Below, piece after piece: positions 1 through 8,697 of a stretch of 64,000 nt of DNA. Each line of letters begins with the position of its first letter. The first letter of the stretch is position 1. The notes under the pieces were generated by a model that worked only from the letters and a program-made list of their open reading frames with translations, did no database searches and was not told where the DNA came from. The stretch is from NCBI GenBank assembly GCA_029262315.1, contig JAJCZP010000168.1, positions 10,825 through 74,824 on the forward strand. Reading direction: 5' to 3'. The stretch comes from Deltaproteobacteria bacterium. Its GTDB lineage: Bacteria > Desulfobacterota > Binatia > UTPRO1. A program made the position numbers and the translations under genes.

Positions 1-880
1 TGACATCCGCACGTGCCGTGCTGGGCTCCGACTCGAACCACTCCACCATCAGCTTGTTGACGTCGTCCGGGTGATCCAGCATCGACCAGTGACCGCCCTG
101 GATGATCTCGACGCGGCACTCGGCGTCCATGTACCGGGGTGTGTCGATGGCCTGCGTCTTCCACAGGAACATGTCGTCCTCGGGGAAGATCACCATGGTC
201 GGCACCTTGCAGTTCGGCAAGCTGTTCGGGTCCTTGGCTTGTGCCAGATAGTCCATCGGAACGTGGTTGGCCCTGTCATAGTTGAGCCACTCGATGCGGC
301 CGGTCTGCTTGACGGCCTCGATGACCTTCTCCGCCTCGGGGTGCTGGCAGAAGAAACTGCGGAAGAACCTGAAATCGTTCGCCATGTAGAGTTCTTCCAT
401 CCCATTGAGACAGTGCATGTACATGTACCAGTTGGCCTTGAGGCACTCATACATCCGTTCCGGGGTTTCATGGGCCTGGCCGAAAACGCACCGCAGGTGG
501 CCAACCGACATGGAAATGAACTTGCGGAACAGTTCCGGGCGTTGGAGGACCATGGGCCATGTGATGGCGGAACCCCAGTCATGGCCCATCAGACAAATGT
601 CCTTGAGGTCCAGCTGGTCGATGATCTCGAACATGTGCCCGATGACCTTCTCGACCTTGTACGCCTCGACCTCCACCGGCCGGTCGGTCCCTCCGTAGCC
701 GAGGGTGTCCGGCACGACCACGCGGTAGCCCGCCTTCAGCAGCGCCGGCGCCTGGTACTTCCAGCAGCTGCCGTCGTCGGGCATGCCGTGGACGAGGAAC
801 GCGACCTTGTCGCCCTCGCCCTGGTCGCTCACGTGATAGTTGTAGCCACCGATCTTCATCGTCTTGCCTGGTAGACTCAT
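1..880 (-). CDS. alpha/beta hydrolase, epoxide hydrolase-like (3' end runs off the window)
   Basis: Manual translation from ATG at 880: MSLPGKTMKIGGYNYHVSDQGEGDKVAFLVHGMPDD...VVPDTLGYGGTDRP...LMGHDWGSAITW. It has the HGxP oxyanion motif and GHDWG nucleophile elbow. Absent from the ORF track because there is no stop in the window. Confidence 0.85.
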   Translation of the reverse strand, partial: MSLPGKTMKIGGYNYHVSDQGEGDKVAFLVHGMPDDGSCWKYQAPALLKAGYRVVVPDTLGYGGTDRPVEVEAYKVEKVIGHMFEIIDQLDLKDICLMGHDWGSAITWPMVLQRPELFRKFISMSVGHLRCVFGQAHETPERMYECLKANWYMYMHCLNGMEELYMANDFRFFRSFFCQHPEAEKVIEAVKQTGRIEWLNYDRANHVPMDYLAQAKDPNSLPNCKVPTMVIFPEDDMFLWKTQAIDTPRYMDAECRVEIIQGGHWSMLDHPDDVNKLMVEWFESEPSTARADV

Positions 881-955
881 TCTCGGATCCCTTCCTTTCT
901 TTGAGAATACGGCTGCGGTCCACACGAAGACCGCCCGCTTCGAATGCGCCACCAA

Positions 956-989
956 CCTAGGGATGGGCAGGACCGTTCACATCCCTAGG
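956..989. promoter_or_regulatory. perfect 10-bp inverted repeat (operator or recombination-site candidate)
   Basis: CCTAGGGATG-N14-CATCCCTAGG, upstream of the hydrolase gene. Confidence 0.4.
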
Positions 990-1053
990 AACGGGGGAAA
1001 AACGGGGGACCACCTGGGGGAGTGCTCATCGTCGCCGACCCGGATGCCTCTGA

Positions 1054-1416
1054 CGAAGAGGGTCGCCTCATGCTCCTCGGAAGCGGGTCGGGGACATCTC
1101 GGAGGACGCCTTGGCACAGCTGGGGCGATACGCGTTCCCCGGCAACATACGAGAGCTCGAGAACGAGCTGGAGCGGGCGATCCTTCTGGCCGATCCCGGG
1201 GCCGATCTCACGGAGGATCTGCTCTCGGATCATGTTCAGGATGGCGCCGGGGCTGACGCCCCGGCAAGCGCTCTAGACCGTCGCACTGCAGACTTCCAGC
1301 GGAAAGAGATCGAAGAAGCACTCAAACGGGCAGATAACGTCAAGACACGTGCCGCTGAACAACTCGGGATCACCACTCGCGGCCTCAGCAAGAAGATGCA
1401 CCGGCTGGGGATGTAG
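1054..1416 (+). pseudogene. C-terminal remnant of a sigma54-dependent (NtrC/Fis-family) activator
   Basis: ISEDALAQLGRYAFPGNIRELENELERAILL (AAA lid) and Fis-type HTH KTRAAEQLGITTRGLSKKM. In-frame TGA at 1051-1053; no Walker A or GAFTGA region upstream. Confidence 0.8.
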
Positions 1417-1740
1417 CTCATCCGAAGGTCAACCGTTGCACCGCCGTGGATAGGCGAGGACCCACGGTATCTGAGCGGCGTCCATGCACCCGACCTCGAA
1501 GTCGCTGATGCAGCGCACGGAATCGATCAGGTCTACGATGGTCGCCACGTCCGCTTCGCAGGTCGCTCCGAGCGGGCCTCTCGCTCCACCGCCCACATAG
1601 CCGTCCTGGGCAAGGTGCCCTTGGGCATACGCGAGTGCTCGCCTACTGCGAGCGCGACACTATAGCGTTCGTCGAACTCCACGCCGCGTCGCGAAAGATA
1701 GGCCGCTAGCTCGATGTCGCCACCGGGAGGCTACGGCGCC

Positions 1741-3554
1741 TCATCCCGATCGCTTCTTTCTGAGCACACCCAGAGTCCGCTCCACCGTGGAGGCCGACCA
1801 TGGGTTACCCTGCTGCGTTCTGCCGCCAACGGCATCGAAACGCGCGGCAATCTCCACAGGCGTCAATCCGGCGTCAGCGAGGGCACGCATCTCCCTATGG
1901 AAGTAGGCTGGGAGCAGCACTTCGAAGGACGTTTCTCGGGCGCCGTCCTCCCAGTGGATGCGACCCCAGATACGCTCACGGTCCCGTCCCTCGATCAGAA
2001 TGGCCTGGACGGCGATCCGGAGAAGCTCCTTCTGGTCGCGCGCCTGGGTGGTTGGGGCAAACCAGATCGCACGAACGTCCCCGCAAATGGCCTCGACCTC
2101 CCTCCACTTCTCGTCCGAGAAGTCGTCTCCGATTCGATCCTCGCCAGCGGCAGCGCCTCCGCGTTCCATCTGCTCAACGCGCTCCGCCAGAGCCTCGATC
2201 TGACTTTCCAGCATCTCACGAACTCGGCGACGGTCCGGTCGACAGGTGGCGTACAGCGCGCCCAGACGATCGAACTCTTCGCGAAGTCGACGAAGCTCAT
2301 GCTGATGTCGTGTACCGGCTCGCCGCTGCTGGCGACGCCGCTCTTCCCAGAGGCGACGTACCTCTGGAATGGAAGGCCCCTGTAAATGATCCAGGAGAAG
2401 CTCAGCGACCCTCGCCTCGAAAGCGAGTCCTGGCATCGATATGCAGGCAGGACCTCCGCTCAGAAGATCTCCCATGCACCGTAGTTGGTACGACTTTGCG
2501 CGCTTCGAAGCGGAGGCCGCATACGCCACGCTCATGACGTGCTCGTCGTGACGCACGCAGCGAACGAGACCCTGCACAAGCGCAGGGCCTCGGCCCAAGG
2601 TCGAGTGGCGCGGGGTGTGGGCGTTTCGCGCGAGGATGCGGAGGTTCTCCTCGAATTCCTCGCGCGAGATGTAGCCCTCGTGATGGCCGAGCACCTCGAC
2701 CCACTGCCCGAACAGGCGCCCATTCACGACGGTGACCCCCTCCGCGCGCTCTTCCGCTTGTTGACCATTCCGTAGACGTAATCGCCGCAGAAGGCAGGGT
2801 GCCTGATCAAGTAGCGGACGCGCGCAACGGTTGGCGCGACCCAAGCCACGCCGGACCCGCGCTTGGCTGGAATCTCGAGTCCGCGCCTTTTCAGCTCCCG
2901 TACCGTCTGCACGAGCGAGCGCACGGCGCGGAACACCTCGAACACCGACGCAACGGCCGTCCGGACCCGCTTGTCGGGATCCTTCCGCCAGCGACCCGTC
3001 CTGACTTCACGATCGCCCGAGCGCTCGTAGATCGCGCGATAGCCAACAGGCGGACGACTCACCGCCCGCCTATCTCGCACCTTGGCGATCCTGCCACGAT
3101 GCATGTTCTCGGTCCGGAGCTCGTTGTCACGCCCAGCGACGATCGCCTCGATCTGCTTCACGAACACTTGCGCCGAGTCGTGGGGATCGACGAGTCGACC
3201 GTCCACGATCAGCAAGACGTCGTGCGCCGCCAGCAGGCGTAGGAACAAGATCCATTCGACTGGGTCGCGGCCCGCTCGGCTGACATCCGAAATCAGGACG
3301 GCGCCCAGCTCGCCGCGCCGGATCATCGCCAGGAGCCTCTGGTAGCCCGGCCGCTTCGCCGTCATGCCGCTGAGCCCGAGGTCATCGTCGATCATGACGA
3401 TGTCGCGCTCCGACCACCCCAGGCGGAGCGCGTGCTCACGCTGTCCCTCTTGGTATCGCCGGCTGCCCTCGTTCTCTCTGACCTGCTCCAGCGTCGACTG
3501 CCGCTGGTATACGCCAGCCTTCTTCTTCAAGTACCGCTCTTCGATCTTCGTCAT
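1741..3554 (-). pseudogene. large serine recombinase (resolvase + recombinase + zinc-ribbon domains), frameshifted near 2730-2780
   Basis: ORF 2724..3554 has GVYQRQST (catalytic Ser), DDDLGLSG, SDVSRAGRD and HPAFCGDYVYG. ORF 1741..2844 continues in another frame with WVEVLGHHEGYISREEFE, LVQGLVRC...YQLRC, a coiled coil and a terminal HTH. Confidence 0.85.
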
Positions 3555-3757
3555 CGCTGCTTCCCTCCCCTACTCCTAGGTGCGCGCCCAGCACGCAGTT
3601 CTCGCCCTTTGGCCCCTGCCTTCCCCCGAGTCGCAGGGGGGAGCGCGACAACGCCCCCGTGCACCGCCTTGATCGCGAGATGCGCTAGCAACCTGACGGC
3701 GTCCGCCTTCCGCTTGTCGGCCTCCATGGGATGGACGACTAGCGCATGAGCTAACAT
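3551..3757 (-). CDS. small hypothetical protein coupled to the serine recombinase
   Basis: Stop overlaps the recombinase start (ATGA); short helical peptide RKADAVRLLAHLAIKAV. Start codon uncertain. Confidence 0.5.
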   Translation of the reverse strand: MLAHALVVHPMEADKRKADAVRLLAHLAIKAVHGGVVALPPATRGKAGAKGRELRAGRAPRSRGGKQR

Positions 3758-3961
3758 GTTTCAAAAATTGTATGATCTCATGCATCGTATATCTCCGCTG
3801 TTACTTCGCGGGCTTACGCACGGTCGGCCTCGGCGCGGATCGTCTCGCCTCCAGATCCGTGAGGAGCTGGTGGAGGGCCCGAACCGACACGACTGCGCGG
3901 TCGAGGTCGCACCCTCGGCGGTTGTCGCCTCGCCGGTCGATGGGACCTTCCCGAACGCGAC

Positions 3962-4180
3962 TCATCGCAGCTTCCCCGTACCCGGCTGCGGAGTCCGATC
4001 GGTGGAGCCCTCAAGATCCTTCCCCTGGAGGAACTCCTCTAGAGCAGCGCGGGGCACGACGAAGCGACGCCCGACCCGAACAACCGGTATCTGCCCTTGG
4101 CGAGCTGCCTCGTAGGCACAGCTACGCCCTATCCCGAGGACCTGGGCCGCCTCTTCCACTGTCAGGGTCTCCCTCTCCAT
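3962..4180 (-). CDS. excisionase-family helix-turn-helix DNA-binding protein
   Basis: TLTVEEAAQVLGIGRSCAYEAARQGQIPVVRVGRRFVVPRAALEEFL, the HTH_17/Xis pattern; GAGG RBS upstream. Confidence 0.9.
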   Translation of the reverse strand: MERETLTVEEAAQVLGIGRSCAYEAARQGQIPVVRVGRRFVVPRAALEEFLQGKDLEGSTDRTPQPGTGKLR

Positions 4181-4267
4181 CCCCTCACCTCACTGCTGAC
4201 CCTTGAACTTATAGCGATCGGCTACTAGTAAGGTAACACGCTTTCTCGCACATAAACGTCACGGAGG

Positions 4268-5353
4268 ATGGGGATGATAGATGAGGTCGTGAGGCGAGAG
4301 TTGTTCGACTTCTGCTGGGACGTGCACGTGGACGGCTACACGTTGCTCAAGACGAAGACGGTGAAGAACCGCCCCCCGCTAGTTCGCCCTACACGTCCCA
4401 GGGGCGACGCTGAGCAGGATGTCCATGAACTCGACAAGGAACGGTCACGACCCGCGCTGTTCATCACTAGTGGCCTCCCGCTCGAAGCTCAGGGATTCAA
4501 GCTGAGGAGGTTCGCCCCGCTCGCCGAGACCGGGTTGTTCCGCGAATTCGCGGGGACGGCACCTACACCAGAGGGAGTCCTGGCATTCGCTAACAAGTAT
4601 GGCCTCCTCGGCGGCAGGGTTGCGGCCGAGATCGAGCTTGACCGGCAAGCCGGTCGTGCCGCCGCTCTGGGTGAACCGCTGAGTGCCTGGCGCGATCAGA
4701 TCTTCTTCATTCGCGAGGCTCTGAGGCTCTGGGAGGATACTCGCGCGGGCAATGTCGAACGCCTCGCCAAGGTGATCCGCAAGCGAGAGGTTAGCGGCGA
4801 CGAAGGCGTCGAGTACCAAGCAGAGGAACACCCCAGCAATGAGGTCGGGTTCCCATGCTGGTACGAGAAAATCGCCACGAGAAACGTTTACTCGGACATC
4901 CTCGAGGCTTTTCCGCCAGGTGACTTGATCAAACCCGCGCTCTACCTCGTCCAGCGATGGGTGAACCGGCATCTAGAGGGAAACGTCTCACCCCTGATGC
5001 TGTGGGACAAGCACCGCTTGCGCCTGCAGCTGTACGTCGTGCCGCACAACCTGCTTGGCGCACTCTGGCTGCAGCTTGCTCGAGCGATCGAGGGAGACAA
5101 GATGTACCGCCAGTGCGGGGCCTGTATGAAGTGGTTCGAACTCTCCCCGGACACGGCCCGAACGAATCGGAAATTCTGCTCGAACGCCTGTCGGTCACGC
5201 GACTATCGCGAGCGCACTGCTGCCAGCATGCCTGCCGCTTCCCGAGGGCCTTCTGCCGACCCGCCCGCAAGACGGGAGAAGCCGACATCGCGACGTCAGC
5301 AAGGAAAGGCCGGGGCATCGAGAAGCCGGACCCGGAAGGGAGCAACCAAATGA
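4268..5353 (+). CDS. hypothetical protein with C-terminal CGNR-type zinc finger
   Basis: YRQCGACMKWF...NRKFCSNACRSRDYRER; GGAGG near the start; stop overlaps the integrase ATG. Confidence 0.75.
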   Translation: MGMIDEVVRRELFDFCWDVHVDGYTLLKTKTVKNRPPLVRPTRPRGDAEQDVHELDKERSRPALFITSGLPLEAQGFKLRRFAPLAETGLFREFAGTAPTPEGVLAFANKYGLLGGRVAAEIELDRQAGRAAALGEPLSAWRDQIFFIREALRLWEDTRAGNVERLAKVIRKREVSGDEGVEYQAEEHPSNEVGFPCWYEKIATRNVYSDILEAFPPGDLIKPALYLVQRWVNRHLEGNVSPLMLWDKHRLRLQLYVVPHNLLGALWLQLARAIEGDKMYRQCGACMKWFELSPDTARTNRKFCSNACRSRDYRERTAASMPAASRGPSADPPARREKPTSRRQQGKAGASRSRTRKGATK

Positions 5354-6519
5354 GGGGACACATTCGACAACGAGGGCAGAGGTCATGGGCGATCGTCCTC
5401 GATCTCGGTCGCGATGCACGAGGCAAGCGCCGACAGAAATGGCACAAGGTTGCCGGGACCAAGCGCGATGCCCAGCGAGAGCTTACTCGCCTACTTCGGG
5501 ATCTCGATACCGGCACCTACGTCGAGCCGTCGCAGATGACAGTCGGCACCTACCTCGAGAAGTGGCTGCGCGACTACGCGAAAACCAACGTCTCCGCCAA
5601 GACATTCGAACGCTATGCCGAGATCGCCCGCGTCCACCTCATCCCTGCGCTCGGCCACTTGCCTCTCGCAAGGATCCAGCCGCTTCATATCCAAGACTAC
5701 TACTCCGTCGCCCTAGAGAGCGGTCGTCGCGACGGCCACGGCGGGCTTTCTGCTCAAACGGTGCTCCATCATCATCGCCTGCTGCGGGCGGCCCTGCGCC
5801 AGGCGCTGAAGTGGCAGCTTCTCGGGCGGAACCCGGCCGACGCCGTCGAGCCTCCCCGGCCCAAACGTCCCGAAATGCGGGTCCTGGATGCAGCGGAAAC
5901 TGGTCGGCTCGTGGCGAGTACGAAGGGAACACGCCTATTCCTTCCTGTGCTGTTGGCCGTCACAACGGGCATGCGACGCGGAGAGATCCTTGGACTCCGT
6001 TGGAAGGACGTGGACTTGAAAAAGGCGACGCTGGCCGTACGACGGTCGCTCGAACAGACCAAGGGCGGCATTCAGTTCAAAGAACCGAAGACGCAGAAGG
6101 GGCGACGCGTGGTAGCTCTGCCAGAAATCGCCGTCGATGCCCTCCGCTCACACAAGACTCGGCAGGCAAAGCATCGCCTCCTATTGGGTCGTGTCTATGA
6201 GAATGGCGATCTCGTTTGCGCCAAGGAAAACGGTAAGCCGACCGTCCCCGCCGATCTCAGCAAGTCCTTCGCACGCCTTCTCGGTCGCCTGGAAGGCGAC
6301 GTCCCGCCGATTCGACTCCACGACCTCCGGCACACTCACGCGACACAATTGCTGCGCGAAGGCATCCACCCGAAGGTCGTTAGCGAGCGGCTCGGCCACT
6401 CGACGGTGGCTTTCACCCTCGACGTCTATTCCCATGTGCTGCCCAGCATGCAGGCTGATGCCGCCCGAAGCATCGACCGCGCACTTGCTCACACCGGAGT
6501 AGCGAACGACACCGATTGA
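5350..6519 (+). CDS. int: tyrosine recombinase/integrase
   Basis: Start at MRGHIRQRGQRSWAIV. Catalytic motifs TGMRRGEI, HDLRHTHAT, LGHS and DVYSH are all intact. Confidence 0.93.
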   Translation: MRGHIRQRGQRSWAIVLDLGRDARGKRRQKWHKVAGTKRDAQRELTRLLRDLDTGTYVEPSQMTVGTYLEKWLRDYAKTNVSAKTFERYAEIARVHLIPALGHLPLARIQPLHIQDYYSVALESGRRDGHGGLSAQTVLHHHRLLRAALRQALKWQLLGRNPADAVEPPRPKRPEMRVLDAAETGRLVASTKGTRLFLPVLLAVTTGMRRGEILGLRWKDVDLKKATLAVRRSLEQTKGGIQFKEPKTQKGRRVVALPEIAVDALRSHKTRQAKHRLLLGRVYENGDLVCAKENGKPTVPADLSKSFARLLGRLEGDVPPIRLHDLRHTHATQLLREGIHPKVVSERLGHSTVAFTLDVYSHVLPSMQADAARSIDRALAHTGVANDTD

Positions 6520-6640
6520 TTTCGACCGCTTCGCGCGACGCTCCCGGCACGACTCTCCGCAAGCTGTTTCGTTCTGATACTCGTCGCACAGGCTCCCGCT
6601 TTCGATTGCGACGGCGCCGCCTTCCAGGTACCGGTGTCGC

Positions 6641-8320
6641 ATGGCCATCCGCCGGGTGCTCATCGAGAACTTCAGAAGCATCAAGAAATGCGAGTTCTTT
6701 CCAACCGACCTTTGCGCTCTTGTGGGGGAGAACAACGCGGGAAAGTCGAACATCCTCGAAGCGCTCGACCTAGTCCTCGGCAGGGACTTCGTAAGCGTGA
6801 ATACCTTCGCGGCATCTGACCACTTCAACCACGACCCAGCTGCGGACATCGTCATCGAAGTGGAGTTCGACCCACCGCTGAAGATCCAGCCGTTCAAGGG
6901 TAGCAGTCCCGTCGAGATCCCGGTTCTGCGCTACACTGTCACCCAGTTCAAGGTCGCAACGAAGCGCGGCAAGAAGGGCGACCCCAGACTGGATACGAAG
7001 TGCCTCGCTACCGACGGGAAGCCGGTTTTCATCCCACAAGAGGCTCCGAAGAAGGGCAAGAAGACGACTTTTGCTCCGCTGACGAACATCCCTCCAGAAG
7101 TCCGCGAGCAGATGCCGGTAATTTTCATAGGGACTGACCGAAGCCTTGATCGACAGCTTCCCTCAGCCGGTCGATGGTCGTTGCTTCGCCGGCTCCTTGA
7201 AGACGTGAACGATCGGCTGCGTGAGACTACCGTTACGGTCGAGAGCAACGGTAAGCTTGTGGAAAAGTCGGCTGTCGAGGTCTTCGAGGAGCAGCTCGCC
7301 TCTGCGCTCGGCACCCTTCGAATTCCGGAGTTCCAACAACTAGAGGAACTCCTGCGTGTACACGCACTCGAGAACCTCGGCTACGACCCCGAGCACGACG
7401 CGGACCGACTGCGCTTCCACTTCGGGCTCTTCGACTCGATGGCCTTCTACCGGACAGTCCGGCTTCTCTTCACAGAAGGAAGTCTCGAACTGGACGCGAC
7501 GCAAATGGGAGAGGGGGCGCAGAACGCACTCGTCATCGCGATCTTCCAGGCGTACGAGGCGCTGCGAAAGAAGGAAGCTGTCTTCCTCCTCGAGGAACCA
7601 GAGATGTTTCTACATCCGCATCGCCGTCGCTTCTTTTACCAAACCCTGCAACGCATCAGCGAGAACAACCAGATCCTCTACAGCACCCATTCTGCCAACT
7701 TCGTCTCGACGCCGGAATACGAGAACGTGTGACTCGTGTACCGGGATCCTTTCGAGTTCACGCAAGTACGAGCATCCTCACTCGAGCCAACTGAGCAACT
7801 CCGCGAGAAACTTCGTCAGGAACTGGACGCAGAACGCAACGAGCTATTCTTCGCGCGACACGTCATCCTCGTGGAAGGCGATACTGAGAAGCTGGCACTT
7901 CCGGAGTACGCGAGGCGTCTCGGGTTGAACCTCGACCGCGGGGGTTGCTCAATCGTGGAAGTTGGGGGGAAGCGGAACCTGCCCATGTTCCTAGACGTAG
8001 TCAGCTCTTTCGGCATCCCCGTTACCGTTGTCTTCGACACCGACTCGTCCGACTTCCCCAAGGGGAAACAAGACGAGGAGGAAGCCTTCAACGCCGAACT
8101 AAGCGCTCGCCAGAACGATTTAGTACGCGTCACCGAGGTCAGCCCAAAGTACGAGGCTGTTCTCCGCGACCAGATCGGCGACGCTACCTACCAAGCGCTC
8201 TGCCAGAAGTATCCGGGGGCCTCGAAACCGCGTCGGGCGCGACTGATCGCAGCCGACAACGAAGCACCCGTCCCCGCCCTCGCCAACGAGATCCTCAAAC
8301 CGCTCCTCGCACCGGAGTAG
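6641..8320 (+). pseudogene. OLD-family (GajA-like) ATP-dependent endonuclease interrupted by an in-frame TGA at 7730-7732
   Basis: IENFRSI, Walker A GENNAGKS, Walker B LLEEPE and STHS in 6641..7732. The same frame continues with TOPRIM motifs VILVEGDTE and VFDTD in 7736..8320. Confidence 0.85.
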
Positions 8321-8336
8321 AACTCGGCTACCCGGT

Positions 8337-8417
8337 GGTTTGCAGATGGTTTGCAAACCGCTGGCAAGGCCCTCGCAGACTATCAGGACGAGGACCGCAA
8401 GCTCCTGAAGTTATTGA
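8337..8417. other. putative integrase arm-type sites next to the att core
   Basis: Direct repeat GGTTTGCA-GAT-GGTTTGCA at 8337-8355 and an AT-richer GAAGTTATTG immediately beside the tRNA 3' end. Confidence 0.4.
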
Positions 8418-8418
8418 G

Positions 8419-8503
8419 CGGAGGGGGTGGGATTCGAACCCACGAGAGCTTGCGCCCTGCCGGTTTTCAAGACCGGTGCCTTCGACCGCTCGGCCACCCC
8501 TCC
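8419..8503 (-). tRNA. tRNA-Ser (anticodon TGA)
   Basis: Minus strand reads GGAGGGGTGGCCGAGCGGTCGAAGGCA-CCGGT-CTTGAAA-ACCGG-long variable arm-GTGGGTTCGAATCCCAC-CCCCTCC-G. CCA is not encoded. Confidence 0.95.
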
Positions 8504-8697
8504 GGTGGTGTGCGCGTGAAGCGCCGGGCCGAGTTTTGCCCTGCCCGCTCGAAGTTGCAACCGACGCCGTATCGGCGCGGCGGACACGGCCGTGAGGAAT
8601 TCGATGTACGGCGCCGCGGCTCAGCGTCGGAGCGCTACCCTACACCCTGATTGCGCTATTTGAGGTACCTGAGCACTCGCGAGCCGCGCCCCGCTGT

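Larger units (their letters stand above)
1741..8418. mobile_element. integrative island at the 3' end of tRNA-Ser (left boundary not resolved)
   Basis: Serine recombinase, excisionase, tyrosine integrase and a defence-type nuclease lie directly beyond the 3' end of a tRNA gene. Confidence 0.75.

Noticed and set aside
71-874. 267-aa plus-strand ORF
   Set aside because: Antisense shadow of the minus-strand hydrolase; no recognisable motifs.
1428-1735. Possible coding remnant on the minus strand (…RRGVEFDERY…, resembling the end of an IS200-type TnpA)
   Set aside because: Match is too short; no HUH motif, start codon or terminal hairpins were seen.
2735-2745. ACCCCCTCCGC matching the tRNA-Ser 3' end, as a candidate att site
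   Set aside because: Only 11 bp, GC-rich, inverted relative to the tRNA and inside a gene; likely chance.
4957-5349. N-terminal extension of the integrase in the ORF track
   Set aside because: Overlaps the CGNR gene; integrase-like sequence begins at ATG 5350.
7730-8503. Idea that the adjacent tRNA suppresses the OLD TGA, or that the TGA encodes selenocysteine
   Set aside because: Anticodon TGA reads UCA (Ser), not UGA. The position is not a catalytic Cys site and no convincing SECIS was seen.
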